A DNA stretch of 64,000 nt from positions 169,771 through 233,770 of the forward strand of contig UQBO01000001.1 in the NCBI GenBank assembly GCA_900539225.1. Reading direction: 5' to 3'. The notes beneath the pieces were generated by a model. It was not told the origin of the DNA. It saw only the letters and a program-made list of their open reading frames with translations, and made no database searches. Both the position numbers and the translations under genes were made by a program. The number at the start of each line of letters is the position of its first letter. Positions within the stretch are counted from its first letter, which is position 1. Source of the DNA: an uncultured Eubacteriales bacterium (GTDB lineage: Bacteria > Bacillota > Clostridia > Tissierellales > Peptoniphilaceae). This document shows, one piece after another, positions 42,346-54,200 of the stretch.

Positions 42346-43667
42346 ATGAAAAAGAATGCCATAATATCATTTTGTCTAATTATGCTATTATTAATAGTAT
42401 CATTTTTTGCTTATAATAACTATATTAACTATATTAATACTAGGACTAATGACATAAGAACGATAAAATTAAAAGATTTAGACCATAAAGATTTTATTTT
42501 GAGCAGGAAAGACTATATTGAAGATTTTAACTTTGCTTATGATGTATTAAAGAACCATTATCCTTTTTTGAAGTCAATAAAAAATTATATGGTGTTGATT
42601 GGCTAAATAATAAAGAGAAGTATGAAGCATATATTGCAGAGTCAAAAAACGATGCAGACTTTTTTAGTAGAATGAATGAAGTTTTATCTGAGCTTAACAA
42701 CTTACATACTCAACTTGTTCCAAGTTATATGGGGTTAGAATATTATATTTCTTATTATTCTAACCCGAAATGTACATGGAGACACGATATAGCTAAAATA
42801 TATGAAAAAGACGATGTCAGGAGAAGGTACAATATTAATAATGAAGTTATTGAGAATGTAATTAATCAATATATTAAGAGTGATGATGAAGTAAATAAGA
42901 CTTATTCCAAAAATCTTATGACTGAGAATATAATTAAAGATAAACTTGCTTATATCAGAATTAGCTCACTTATAGGTATGGAATACATCAATCAAGATAG
43001 AGACATTGTTATTAATTATCTGAATGAAATAAAAGATTATCTTTTCTTAATAATTGATATAAGAGGCAATGGCGGTGGTGATAGTTATTATTGGGCTGGT
43101 TTTTTACTTCCCAACATAATAGATAAAAAATATGAAACAAAAAATTATCTTTTAATAAAGTCAGGAGAATTAAATAAAAAAATCTTTGAACAATTCAATT
43201 TTAATAAAGATGTAAAAACTTTCTTAGATAAGTCTTCATTTAGTTCTGATGTGAAAGATATTCTTAAAGATTTTGATGGATATTTAGCTTTTGACTCTAT
43301 AATAGAGCCGAGTGAAGACTCTATTCACTACAAAGGAAAGATTTATTTATTGGTAGATAATGGAGTTTATTCTTCAGCTGAGATGCTAGCATCGTTTTGC
43401 AAAGAAACTAAGCTTGCTACCTTAGTTGGAAGCAGAACAGGCGGCGACGGCATTGGTTTTGATCCAATGCAAGTTGACCTTCCAAATACTGCTTTTGTTT
43501 TGAGGTTCTCAAACAATATTGGCATAACAGAGTCTGGTTCTATAAATGAATTAGATCAAACAGTGCCAGATATAATTGTTCAAGAGAGCGAAGAGGATAA
43601 GACAGGTTCTTTAGAAAATCAAAGGATTATAAAAGCAGTGATGAGAGATGCTGGCCTTAGTAAATAG
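42346..43667 (+). pseudogene. S41-family serine peptidase (tail-specific/C-terminal-processing-like), interrupted by a frameshift at a T6 tract (about 42564-42569). The ORF-track fragments are 42346-42606 and 42672-43667.
   Basis: Fragment 1 ends ...EDFNFAYDVLKNHYPFL. The next frame continues (F)EVNKKLYGVDWLNNKEKYEAYIAESKNDADFFSRMNEVLSELNNLHTQ... into fragment 2. T7 would give ...HYPFFEVNKKLYGVDW.... Fragment 2 has the S41 catalytic motif SSAEML...GSRTGGDG. Confidence 0.75.
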
Positions 43668-43725
43668 ATATTGAATTTAAAAATATCTAATAAAGAAAAA
43701 AATATTATATTTTTATAAAAAATAC

Positions 43726-43754
43726 TTGAAATATGAACATTTATATGATATAAT
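43726..43754 (+). promoter_or_regulatory. Consensus promoter TTGAAA-N17-TATAAT for rpmE
   Basis: Read directly. Confidence 0.5.
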
Positions 43755-43787
43755 TTAGTGGTTAATGAGGTAAGAGAGGTGAAATAA

Positions 43788-43994
43788 ATGAAAAAAGACA
43801 TACATCCAGAATTTAAAGAAGTAACTGTAACATGCGCATGTGGTAACACTTTTGTTACAGGCTCAACAAGAGATGAGTTAAAAGTAGAAGTTTGCTCTGA
43901 ATGTCACCCATTCTTTACAGGTAAACAAAAATTTACTGAACGTGGTGGCCGTGTAGAGAAATTCAAGAAGAGATACAAAAAAGACGAAAATTAG
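43788..43994 (+). CDS. rpmE: 50S ribosomal protein L31 (Zn-ribbon type A)
   Basis: [22 protein letters not shown]...[10 protein letters not shown]. Confidence 0.95.
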   Translation: MKKDIHPEFKEVTVTCACGNTFVTGSTRDELKVEVCSECHPFFTGKQKFTERGGRVEKFKKRYKKDEN

Positions 43995-44022
43995 CAGACT
44001 TTTTTCTGCTAATTTTTCATTA
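43992..44022 (+). terminator. Terminator/attenuator hairpin after rpmE
   Basis: ttagcaga-cttttt-tctgctaa, then tttttc. Confidence 0.5.
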
Positions 44023-44035
44023 TATAGGTGAAAAA

Positions 44036-44941
44036 ATGAAAAAGAATTTTAAAACAAGTATAGGTGGACAAGCTTTAATCGAAGGTATACTTATGAAAGG
44101 ACCACAAATGACTTCAGTTGCCGTGAGAAAACCAGATGGCGAGATAGAAGTTAAAGTGAAAGATGAATCAGCTAAGAATAATAAGCTCATCTTCAAAATC
44201 CCATTCATAAGAGGTATATCCAAGCTAGTGGACTCAATGTCTGAAGGCACTAAAGCTCTCTATTATTCTGCTTCTTTTTATGACGATGAAGAGGACAAAA
44301 AAGAAACTAGTAAATTTAAAGATACTTTGTTTAATATTTTTACTTTTGTTTTTTCTTTTTTTATAGCTATAGGACTTTTTGTTGTAATTCCAACATTCAT
44401 AGCTAACTTCTTAAAGGATAAAATCAATAATATATTCTTACTAAACTTCGTTGAAGGCTTGATAAGGATATCTATATTTTTAATATATATTACTTTAATA
44501 TCGAATCAAAAAGATTTAAAGAGAGTATTCATGTACCACGGCGCTGAGCACAAAACCATCTTTGCTTATGAGAATGGCCTTGACTTAACTGTTGAAAATG
44601 TACAAAAGATGAGCAAGTACCATCCAAGATGCGGAACAAGCTTCTTGTTTATGGTTATGCTTGTATCAATAGTAGTTCTGTCATTCTTTGGCTGGCCATC
44701 GCCAGTAATGAGGATAGTATCAAGAATTATAGCTCTGCCACTAGTAGCTGCTATATCATACGAAATCAATAGACTCATAGGCAAGTACGATAATGTGGGC
44801 TTTTGTAGAGCAGTTGCTAAACCAGGACTTTGGCTTCAAAAGATTGCTACAGTCAAAGAGCCTGATGACGATATGGTTGAAGTAGCGATAGCGGCTGTAA
44901 AAGAGGTAATACCTAGTGAAGAAGGTTTAGACGCTTGGTAG
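44036..44941 (+). CDS. DUF1385-family membrane-associated protein (YqhQ-like)
   Basis: GGQALIEGILMKGPQ...YHGAEHKTIFAYENG. Commonly found between rpmE and prmC. Confidence 0.75.
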   Translation: MKKNFKTSIGGQALIEGILMKGPQMTSVAVRKPDGEIEVKVKDESAKNNKLIFKIPFIRGISKLVDSMSEGTKALYYSASFYDDEEDKKETSKFKDTLFNIFTFVFSFFIAIGLFVVIPTFIANFLKDKINNIFLLNFVEGLIRISIFLIYITLISNQKDLKRVFMYHGAEHKTIFAYENGLDLTVENVQKMSKYHPRCGTSFLFMVMLVSIVVLSFFGWPSPVMRIVSRIIALPLVAAISYEINRLIGKYDNVGFCRAVAKPGLWLQKIATVKEPDDDMVEVAIAAVKEVIPSEEGLDAW

Positions 44942-45750
44942 TTAAAGATATTATAAGAAAAGCTTTAGCTGATATTGAAGCGTCAGGAAAAAATATACCT
45001 AATCCAATGGGCGAGATATATATACTTCTAGAGCATATAACGAGCAAGGATAAGCTGTTTTTAAGCTTGAACAAAGATTTTGATATTGATGAAAAAGAGT
45101 TTTTTACGCTTCTTAATAAGAGGTTAAACGATACGCCCATGGCTTATATCATAGGCAAGAAGCATTTTAGAAACATTGTTCTAAAAACTGATGAAAGAGC
45201 TTTGATACCTAGGTTTTGTACAGAGGAATTAATTGACATTGTTAATGGCTTTATAAAACCAAATGATAGTGTATTAGATATGTGCACAGGAACGGGAGCT
45301 ATTGCTCTTGCTATTAAAGAAGAAAATATAAAAGTTGATGTTACTTGCTCAGATATTTCAGAAGATGCACTTAATTTAGCAAAAGAGAATGCTGAGTTGA
45401 ACAATTTATCTATAAATTTCATTTTATCTGATTTATTTGAGAATATTAGTGAAACTTATGATATACTAATATCAAACCCTCCATATATTTCTAGTGAAGA
45501 ATATATGGGTTTGGAAAGGGATATATTCAAGGAGCCTAAACTTGCCTTAGTGGGCGGCGATTTAGGATATGAATACTACGAGAAAATCATTAGACAGGCT
45601 AGAGCAAAGATTAAACGCATGGTATTTTTCGAGATTGGCTACGATCAAGGAAATATTGTAAAAGATATATTAGAAAAGAATAATTATAAAGATATTAAAA
45701 TCTACAAAGACCTTGAAGGCTTTGATAGATTTATTTCTGCCTGCATTTAG
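44935..45750 (+). CDS. prmC: Release factor glutamine N5-methyltransferase PrmC (HemK); TTG start
   Basis: NPPY motif ([11 protein letters not shown]), SAM motif [12 protein letters not shown]. Confidence 0.88.
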   Translation: MVVKDIIRKALADIEASGKNIPNPMGEIYILLEHITSKDKLFLSLNKDFDIDEKEFFTLLNKRLNDTPMAYIIGKKHFRNIVLKTDERALIPRFCTEELIDIVNGFIKPNDSVLDMCTGTGAIALAIKEENIKVDVTCSDISEDALNLAKENAELNNLSINFILSDLFENISETYDILISNPPYISSEEYMGLERDIFKEPKLALVGGDLGYEYYEKIIRQARAKIKRMVFFEIGYDQGNIVKDILEKNNYKDIKIYKDLEGFDRFISACI

Positions 45751-45761
45751 GAGATGAGAAA

Positions 45762-46832
45762 ATGTTAGAAAAATTAAATTTTATTGAAGACAAGTATAAA
45801 GAACTTGGCGAAAAGGTTATGGATCCAGATCTTTTGAAAGACATGAAAGAGTATCAAAAGACAATGAAGGAATACTCTGACTTAAAGCCAATAGTTGATA
45901 GATATAAAGAGTATCAAGGTTATTTAAATGAGCTTAAGGATACTGAAGAGATGCTTGGCGAGAACCTCGATGACGAGATGAGGGAACTTGCTAAGGAAGA
46001 TTTAAAGAATTTACAAGAAAATATTGCCAAGGCTGAAGAAGACCTTAAAATTATGCTTATACCAAAGGACCCTAACGATGACAGAAACGTTATCGTAGAA
46101 ATTAGAGGCGGTATAGGCGGCGAAGAAGCTGCACTGTTTGCAGGGGACTTATTCAGGATGTATTCTATGTACGCTGACAAGAGAGGCTACAAAACTGAAG
46201 TCATGAGTACAAACGAAACTGGTATAGGCGGCTTTAAGGAAGTTATCTTCATGATAAATGGTAAAGGCGCTTACTCAAGACTAAAACATGAATCAGGCGT
46301 TCACAGAGTTCAAAGAGTTCCTGAAACTGAAGCCTCGGGACGTATACACACATCGGCAGCAACTGTTGCTGTTATGCCTGAAGCTGATGACGTTGAAATA
46401 GAAATCAATGAAAACGATTTAAAGATTGATGTTTATAGAGCGAGCGGACACGGCGGACAATGCGTTAACACAACTGACTCTGCTGTTAGAATCACTCACA
46501 TTCCTACAGGACTTGTAGTTACTTGCCAAGACGAAAAATCACAATTAAAGAACAAAGAAAAAGCAATGAAGGTTCTTAAATCAAGACTATATGACAAGAT
46601 GCTACAAGAACAAAATGATGAACTAGCTAAGCTTAAGAAGGGCCAAGTAGGTTCAGGAGATAGGTCTGAAAGAATTAGAACATATAACTTCCCACAAGGA
46701 AGAGTAACTGATCATAGAATCAACTTAACTTTATATAGATTGGAAGACTTTTTGAATGGGGATTTAGATGAGATGATAGACGCTCTACTAACTCACGAAC
46801 AAGCAGAAAAATTAAAAGAATTGGAGGCATAA
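45762..46832 (+). CDS. prfA: Peptide chain release factor 1
   Basis: GGQ motif ([23 protein letters not shown]) and an RF1-type tripeptide region. Confidence 0.92.
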   Translation: MLEKLNFIEDKYKELGEKVMDPDLLKDMKEYQKTMKEYSDLKPIVDRYKEYQGYLNELKDTEEMLGENLDDEMRELAKEDLKNLQENIAKAEEDLKIMLIPKDPNDDRNVIVEIRGGIGGEEAALFAGDLFRMYSMYADKRGYKTEVMSTNETGIGGFKEVIFMINGKGAYSRLKHESGVHRVQRVPETEASGRIHTSAATVAVMPEADDVEIEINENDLKIDVYRASGHGGQCVNTTDSAVRITHIPTGLVVTCQDEKSQLKNKEKAMKVLKSRLYDKMLQEQNDELAKLKKGQVGSGDRSERIRTYNFPQGRVTDHRINLTLYRLEDFLNGDLDEMIDALLTHEQAEKLKELEA

Positions 46833-46833
46833 G

Positions 46834-48054
46834 ATGAAAGCATCTCTTAGTATTAAGAAATCGATTTTAGCCTTGCAACACTTGATTGCTATGTTTGGAG
46901 CTACAGTTTTAGTTCCTATACTTACAGGACTTGATCCATCAGTAGCACTTTTCAGTGCTGGATGTGGTACACTTATATTCCACTATTGCACAAAGAAAAA
47001 AGTGCCAGTATTTTTGGGCTCATCATTTGCATTTATACCAGTTATAGTGCAAGTAGCTGAGCAATATGGCGATCTTAGATACGCTCAAGGCGGTATGCTG
47101 GTAGCAGGTTTGGTCTATGTATTATTTTCATTCTTCATTAAAGGCATAGGCATAGAAAAAATACAAAAGATACTACCGCCACAAGTAATTGGACCTATGA
47201 TTATAGTTATAGGCTTCAATCTATTGCCAACAGCGTTTAATATGGCAAAGACATCATATATAGTAGCTGGACTTACACTTGCAGTTGCTGTAGCTTGGCC
47301 ATATTTAGTTAAAGGTTTCTTAAAGCAAATATCTATACTCGTTGCAGTAATATTTGGCTATATACTATCAGTTGCTTTAAAACTTGTTGACTTTACAGCA
47401 ATAAATAATGCTCAATATTTTGCAGTGCCAAACTTTACTTTGCCACTGTTTAATATTGAAGCTATTATAATCATTGTTCCAATAATATTTGCTGTATTTA
47501 TGGAACACTTAGGTGATATCACTACTAATGGAGCAGTAGTTGGACAAAACTTTGTAGAAGATCCAGGTCTTAACAGAACTTTACTTGGCGATGGTTTAGC
47601 AACAGTATTTGCTTCACTTATTGGTGGACCAGCTAACACTACTTATGGCGAAAATACTGGAGTTTTAGCTATTACAAAGAACTACGACCCATCAATACTA
47701 AGACTTGCAGCAGTCTTTGCCATCATCCTAGGATTTGTTGGTAAGCTTGGAGGCTTCTTAAGAACTATACCACAAGCAGTTATGGGTGGCATATCAATTA
47801 TGCTTTTCTCAATGATAGGCTTTATTGGATTTAGAAACATTAGAGATAATCATGTTAAATTAAATATAAAAAATATCATAGTTATGGCAGCAATTCTTTT
47901 CATAGGATTTTCAGGCGGTTTATTTAAAGAGTTATTTGGCTTTACTATAGAGCTTCCTATAACTGAAAGTATCAGTCTTAACGGACTAAGCTTAGCAGCT
48001 ATAGTTGGTATTTTATTAAACGCTATTCTTAATGGAGTGAAGAAGGATGCTTGA
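46834..48054 (+). CDS. Nucleobase:cation symporter-2 family permease (uracil/xanthine permease)
   Basis: About 12 TM helices with an NCS2 signature region (…GDGLATVFASLIGGPANTTYGENTGVLAITK…). Confidence 0.8.
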   Translation: MKASLSIKKSILALQHLIAMFGATVLVPILTGLDPSVALFSAGCGTLIFHYCTKKKVPVFLGSSFAFIPVIVQVAEQYGDLRYAQGGMLVAGLVYVLFSFFIKGIGIEKIQKILPPQVIGPMIIVIGFNLLPTAFNMAKTSYIVAGLTLAVAVAWPYLVKGFLKQISILVAVIFGYILSVALKLVDFTAINNAQYFAVPNFTLPLFNIEAIIIIVPIIFAVFMEHLGDITTNGAVVGQNFVEDPGLNRTLLGDGLATVFASLIGGPANTTYGENTGVLAITKNYDPSILRLAAVFAIILGFVGKLGGFLRTIPQAVMGGISIMLFSMIGFIGFRNIRDNHVKLNIKNIIVMAAILFIGFSGGLFKELFGFTIELPITESISLNGLSLAAIVGILLNAILNGVKKDA

Positions 48055-48787
48055 TATTGATCTTTTGGTCCAAGAAGTAAAAAAATCAAAACACATGGTT
48101 TTCTTTGGAGGTGCAGGTGTTTCGACTGAGAGCGGTATACCTGACTTTAGAGGAGCAGGTGGCCTTTACAACGACAGGCTTTATGAAGGATATGAACCAG
48201 AAGTGGTTTTGAGCAATTCATTTTATCGTGCTCATCCGGATATATTCTTTGACTTTTGCAGAGATAAGGTTATATATGAGAATGTTAAGCCAAATGAAGG
48301 ACATAAGGCGCTTGCAAGACTTGAACAGATGGGTATACTAAAAGCAGTTATCACTCAAAACATAGACAATCTTCATCAAGACGCTGGCAGCAAGAAAGTT
48401 ATTGAGCTTCACGGCAATATTAATAGGTCTTATTGCACTAAGTGCCATAAAGAATTTGACGCAATGTATATCAAGCACTCAAAAGGTGCTTGTACTTGTG
48501 ATGAGTGCGGCGCATTGATTAAGCCGGATGTTGTTTTATACGGCGAAGCTCTAGATGATAATGTGATTAGTGAAGCTATAAGAGAGATATCTATGGCGGA
48601 TTTGCTTTTAGTCGCTGGAACATCACTAAAGGTATATCCAGCAGCCGGACTAATTAGATACTTTAATTCAGACAATTTAGTAATTATAAATAAGGATAAA
48701 ACGTCTTACGATAGATATGCAAAACTTGTTTTTCATGAAGGTTTTGGAAAGATATTAAAAGAAGTGGTGGATAGAATTGACATATGA
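48047..48787 (+). CDS. cobB: NAD-dependent protein deacylase (Sir2 family)
   Basis: GAGVSTESGIPDFRG, the Zn module CxxC...CxxC, and GTSLKVYPAA. Confidence 0.88.
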   Translation: MLDIDLLVQEVKKSKHMVFFGGAGVSTESGIPDFRGAGGLYNDRLYEGYEPEVVLSNSFYRAHPDIFFDFCRDKVIYENVKPNEGHKALARLEQMGILKAVITQNIDNLHQDAGSKKVIELHGNINRSYCTKCHKEFDAMYIKHSKGACTCDECGALIKPDVVLYGEALDDNVISEAIREISMADLLLVAGTSLKVYPAAGLIRYFNSDNLVIINKDKTSYDRYAKLVFHEGFGKILKEVVDRIDI

Positions 48788-49994
48788 TGCTATAGTCATA
48801 GGAGCAGGTGCAGCAGCACTATTTTTTGGGGCTCTTAATAAGGATAAATTAAATATACTTATGCTTGAGCGAAACGATAGAGTCGGCAAAAAGCTCCTTA
48901 CTACTGGCAATGGCAGGTGCAACTACACTAACACAAAGCTTAATGAGAACCCATATAACGATAAGGCCTTTACTTCATATATGATTGAAAAATATGGCTA
49001 TGAGACAATTTTAGAAAAGTTCAAGGCTATGGGCATATATCCATATATGGAAGATGACAGAGTCTATCCTATGTCACTACAAGCGTCAAGCGTCCTTGAC
49101 GTACTTAGATATGAAAATGATAGAAACAATATAAATATAAAAACTGATGTATTTGTAAAAAGCTTTCATAAAGCTGATGATATCTTTGTACTTAAAGATC
49201 AAAACTCAAATATTTATAAGGCTAAGAGCTTAGTTATAGCTTGCGGCGGCGCTGCTATGCCGAAATTTGGTTCAGACGCTAATCTATTTAAGCAAATAAA
49301 AGAGCTTGGTATATCTGTAATTGATACAAAGCCAGCTCTAGTACCATATGAGTGTGATTATAAGTACTTAAAGCACTTAGATGGATTTAGAGTAAAAGCA
49401 AAACTAAGTTTAAAAAAGGGAGATAAGATTATCAAAGATGATGTAGATGATGTTTTATTTACAAAATATGGCCTATCTGGCCCAAGTGTATTTCAATTAT
49501 CTAGATACATTAAGGGCAAGGAAAGTGTTTATAAATTTAGCATAGACTTTTTTTATACATTTACTGAAGAAGAAATGTTTGCTTTATTAAGCGAAAGAAG
49601 AAAAGATTTAGGGCACAAGAGTCTAGATGTTTTTTTTATTGGTCTTATACACAAAAGGCTTATAATTCCTGTGATAGATAGACTTGGTCTTGCTAAAGAA
49701 ATGCTTGCTAAGGATTTAAGCGAGAATGATTTACATAAAATAATAAAAATATTAAAAGATTTTGAATTAGATATTATAAAAAATAAAGGCTATGGCATTG
49801 GCCAGATAAGCCTTGGTGGAGTAGCTAGTAAAGAGATAAATAATAAGACTATGGAGTCAAAGAAAGTTTATGGACTATACTTTATCGGGGAAGTCATTGA
49901 CATAGACGGCCCATGTGGAGGCTACAATCTAAGCTTTGCGTGGTTATCTGCCATGGCGGCATATGACGATATAAGATCGAGGTGGAAGGCTTGA
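48777..49994 (+). CDS. HI0933-like (aminoacetone oxidase family) FAD-dependent oxidoreductase; TTG start
   Basis: YDAIVIGAGAAALF dinucleotide-binding motif; about 400 aa with the family-typical C-terminus. Confidence 0.7.
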   Translation: MTYDAIVIGAGAAALFFGALNKDKLNILMLERNDRVGKKLLTTGNGRCNYTNTKLNENPYNDKAFTSYMIEKYGYETILEKFKAMGIYPYMEDDRVYPMSLQASSVLDVLRYENDRNNINIKTDVFVKSFHKADDIFVLKDQNSNIYKAKSLVIACGGAAMPKFGSDANLFKQIKELGISVIDTKPALVPYECDYKYLKHLDGFRVKAKLSLKKGDKIIKDDVDDVLFTKYGLSGPSVFQLSRYIKGKESVYKFSIDFFYTFTEEEMFALLSERRKDLGHKSLDVFFIGLIHKRLIIPVIDRLGLAKEMLAKDLSENDLHKIIKILKDFELDIIKNKGYGIGQISLGGVASKEINNKTMESKKVYGLYFIGEVIDIDGPCGGYNLSFAWLSAMAAYDDIRSRWKA

Positions 49995-51289
49995 TAAATT
50001 ATCAAAAGAAATTTTATGAATATAAAGAAAAAGGTAAAAAGATAAATGTTTCCTTACTAGGAGCAGGCTTTATGGGCAAGGCACTAGTAAGTCAATATAT
50101 ACAAAGCGGGGTTTTAAATCCCTTACTAATATCTTCAAGACATATTGAAGACGCGATTGATGCTTATCTTGCAGCAGGTATTGCTAGAGAAGATATTATT
50201 AAGATCACTAGCTCTGACGAAATTAGTGATTTAAATAAGTATTATATATGTGAGGACAAAGAGCTCTTATACAAATCAGAGCACATTGATTATGTAATCG
50301 ATGCGACAGGAGAGCCAATTGTCGGCACTGAAATCAGTTACAACGCTTTAATGAATGGCAAAAATGTAATTACATTTAACTTAGAGAGCGATGTCTGCGT
50401 TGGAACAGTGCTTTCAAAGATAGCTGAAGAAAAAGGACTTATATATACAGGCATCGATGGCGACGAGCCAGGAACAGTGCTTGAGCTTTATAATGAAGCT
50501 AAAATAATGGGCTTTGATGTTTTAGCTATTGGCAAAGGAAAGAATAATGAAGTCGATTTAGAAGCTAATCCGGACACAGTAAGTGAATCTGCCAACGAAA
50601 AGGGCATTAAAAAAGAGATGCTAGCAAGCTTTGTAGACGGCACTAAGACCATGGTAGAGATGGCTACTATGAGCAATGCGACTGGATTTAGAGTGGATGT
50701 CGATGGCGGACACGGAATCAAATCCGATATCAAATCGCTTGACAAGAAACTTTGCCTTAAATCAGAAGGCGGCGTACTTAACTCATACGGCATAGTTGAC
50801 TATGTCAATGGCATAGCGCCAGGCGTCTTTGTTATAGTTAAGAGCGACATAAAGAAGATTGATCACTTAATGAGATTTTTAAAGATGGGCGAAGGTCCAA
50901 ATTATGTTTTATACAGACCTTACCATTTGACCAGCATAGAGACTATAAACACAGTATTAAAGGCACATTTCGACAAGCTCGAAGCTATAAAACCTATATC
51001 TGAAATACCATACTCAGATGTAGTTTCTATTGCTAAGAAGGACATGAAGAAAGGCGAGAAGCTCGATTACATCGGAGGCTACACATTTTATGGCAAGTGC
51101 ATGGACTTTGAAAAGTCAAGAGAAAAGAATTTAGTGCCTATATCCGTCATAAACGAAGGCGCAGTCCTTAGTAGAGATATTAAAAAGGGCGAAAATATTG
51201 ATTATAATAGCGTAGAACTTGATAGTGAGACGCTTGTATATAAACTTAGAAAAGAAATAGAAGCAAAGTACGAAGCTTCAAGGAGGTAA
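49982..51289 (+). CDS. NAD(P)-binding oxidoreductase, predicted homoserine-dehydrogenase-like (COG4091-type, with a SAF-like C-terminal domain); GTG start
   Basis: Rossmann motif VSLLGAGFMGKAL; the size and motif spacing resemble COG4091 proteins. Assigned from memory. Confidence 0.45.
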   Translation: MEGLINYQKKFYEYKEKGKKINVSLLGAGFMGKALVSQYIQSGVLNPLLISSRHIEDAIDAYLAAGIAREDIIKITSSDEISDLNKYYICEDKELLYKSEHIDYVIDATGEPIVGTEISYNALMNGKNVITFNLESDVCVGTVLSKIAEEKGLIYTGIDGDEPGTVLELYNEAKIMGFDVLAIGKGKNNEVDLEANPDTVSESANEKGIKKEMLASFVDGTKTMVEMATMSNATGFRVDVDGGHGIKSDIKSLDKKLCLKSEGGVLNSYGIVDYVNGIAPGVFVIVKSDIKKIDHLMRFLKMGEGPNYVLYRPYHLTSIETINTVLKAHFDKLEAIKPISEIPYSDVVSIAKKDMKKGEKLDYIGGYTFYGKCMDFEKSREKNLVPISVINEGAVLSRDIKKGENIDYNSVELDSETLVYKLRKEIEAKYEASRR

Positions 51290-51291
51290 TT

Positions 51292-54200
51292 ATGGACTTA
51301 AAAGCTTTATCAAATGATCGCGTAGCCGATAGAGAACATCAAATATCTGAATATTGGAAGAGTATCGATCTACTTAAATTAACAAACGATAAAAGAGATA
51401 AAGACAATAGATATGTTTTCTTCGAAGGCCCACCAACAGCTAACGGAAAGCCTGGTATACATCACGTAAGTGGCAGAACACTAAAGGACTCTGTCTGCAG
51501 ATATAAGGTTATGCAAGGCTACTACGTAAACAGAAAAGCCGGTTGGGATACTCACGGACTACCTGTTGAAATTGAAACTGAAAAACAATTAGGACTTCAT
51601 AATAAACAAGATATAGAAAAGTATGGCGTAAAAGATTTTAATGAAAAATGTAAAGAGTCAGTATTTAAGTATGAGTCACTATGGAGACAGATGACTGAAA
51701 AGATGGCTTATCTAATTGATCTTGACAATCCATATATAACTCTTGATAATGACTACATCGAATCTACTTGGCATATACTTGATAAGATGTTTAAGGATGG
51801 ACTAATTTATGAAGGTCACAAGATTATGCCTTATTGCCCAAGATGCGGCACAGGACTTGCTTCACACGAAGTAGCTCAAGGCTATGAGATGATTAAAAGT
51901 GAATCAGCTTATGTTAAGTTCAAAAAGAAAGATGCTGATAATGAGTACTATCTTGCATGGACAACAACACCATGGACTCTTCCTTCAAATGTAAGCTTAA
52001 CAGTTAATAAAGATTTTGATTACATTAAGATAAAACATAAAGAGACTGGCGAGATACTTTACTTAGCTAAGTCACTTTTCAAACAAGCACTTGAAAAAGA
52101 CGCAGAAAACTATGAAATAATAGCTGAGATGAAGGGATCAGACCTAGTTGGAGGCGAGTACGAACAATTACTGCCATATTTACCTTGTGATAAAAAAGCT
52201 TTCTTCATAACAGAAGCTGATTACGTTACTATGGAAGATGGTACTGGTATAGTTCACACAGCACCAGCCTTTGGTGAAGACGACTATAATACATCAAGAA
52301 GATATGATTTACCAGTTCTTAATCCAGTTGACGAAGAGGGTAAGTTTACAGATACTCCTTGGAAAGGCATGTGGGTTATGGATGCTGACCCATTGATCAT
52401 TGAAGAGCTAAAAAAAGAAAATAAATTATATAGAAAACAAAAGATAGAGCACAACTATCCACATTGCTGGAGATGCCACACACCACTTCTTTATTATGCA
52501 AAACCATCTTGGTATATAGAAGTAACTAAGTTTAAAGACAAAATTGTTGAAAATAACAATACAGTTAATTGGTATCCAGACTATGTTGGTGAAAAGAGAT
52601 TTGGTTTCTGGCTAGATAACCTAAAGGACTGGGCTCTATCTAGATCAAGATACTGGGGAACACCACTACCAATTTGGAAGTGCGAAGACTGCGGTCATAT
52701 GGAAAGCGTTGGCTCAAGAAAAGAACTTAAGGAAAAAGCTATTGAAGATATAGATGAAAACATCGAATTGCACAGACCATATGTTGACGACGTTCATCTA
52801 GAGTGTCCACACTGTCATGGCAAGATGACTAGAGAAAAGGATGTAATTGACGTTTGGTTTGACTCAGGCGCAATGCCATTTAGCCAATGGCACTATCCAT
52901 TCGAGCATACTGAAGACTTTGATCACAAGTTCCCAGCAGACTTCATCTGTGAAGGCATAGACCAAACAAGAGGCTGGTTCTACAGCTTACTTGCTATATC
53001 AACATATATGACTGGTAAGGCTCCATATAAAAACGTTCTTGTAAACAACTTAGTACTTGATAAGTACGGTAAAAAGATGAGTAAAAGCAGGGGCAATACC
53101 ATAGACCCATTCGAGCTATTTGACGAATATGGTGCAGATGCTGTAAGATGGTATCTATTATACGTATCACCAGCTTGGACTACTAAGAAAGTCGATGTAG
53201 ATGGCTTAAAAGACATCAGCTCGAAATTCTTTAACACACTTAGAAATGTATATAACTTCTTCTACATGTATTTACAAACCGATGGCATTGATCCAAAGAC
53301 ATTAGACGTACCATATGAAAAGAGAAGCGATATAGACAAGTGGATACTTGCTAAATATAACAAACTTCTTCTAAATATCGAAGAAGAGATGGATAAGTTC
53401 GAGCTAACAAATGTAGTTAGAATGATACAAGATTTTGTAGTTGAAGATATATCAAACTGGTATATCAGACGTTCAAGAAGAAGATTCTGGGCTACAGAGC
53501 TTGATGATGATAAGAAGGCAGTTTTACAAACAACATACGAAATACTTCTTGGAGTTTCTAAGGTCATAGCACCATTTGCTCCATATACAGCAGAAGAGTT
53601 CTATCAAAGACTTGGAGATCTAGAATCAGTTCACATAGACTATTATCCAAAGGCTAATAAAGACCTAATCGATGAAAAACTTATTTACAAGATGGATTTA
53701 GTTCGTACACTTGTAAAACTAGGTAGATCATCAAGAGAGAATGCTAAGATCAAGGTAAGAATACCTCTTAACGAGATAGTTATCGATGGTAAGTATAGAG
53801 AAGACCTAGAAGACTTGACAGACTTAATCAAGGAAGAGCTTAACGTAAAGAACGTTTACTACGAAGATGATTTGAAGAAGTACATGAATTTCAACTTGAA
53901 GCCGAACTTCAAAGTTGCTGGCTCAATACTTGGATCAAAGATTAAGGACTTCACTAAGTATCTATTAAATGTTAATAGCATAGACTTTGTAGACAAGCTT
54001 GACCACGCTGATCAAACTGTTGAGCTTAATGGTGAAGCGACTGAAATCAAAAAAGATTATGTAGATGTAAGAATCGAGTCCAAAGAAGGCTTTAATGTCG
54101 AAATGGAAAATGGTGTATTCATCATACTTGATACTAAGTTAACAGAAGAACTTCTTGATGAAGGCTACTTAAGAGAGTTTATATCAAAGGTACAACAACT

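Noticed and set aside
45762-46832. prmC located upstream of prfA (reverse of the E. coli/B. subtilis order) as a rearrangement
   Set aside because: The rpmE-DUF1385-prmC-prfA order is common in Clostridia, so it is not unusual.
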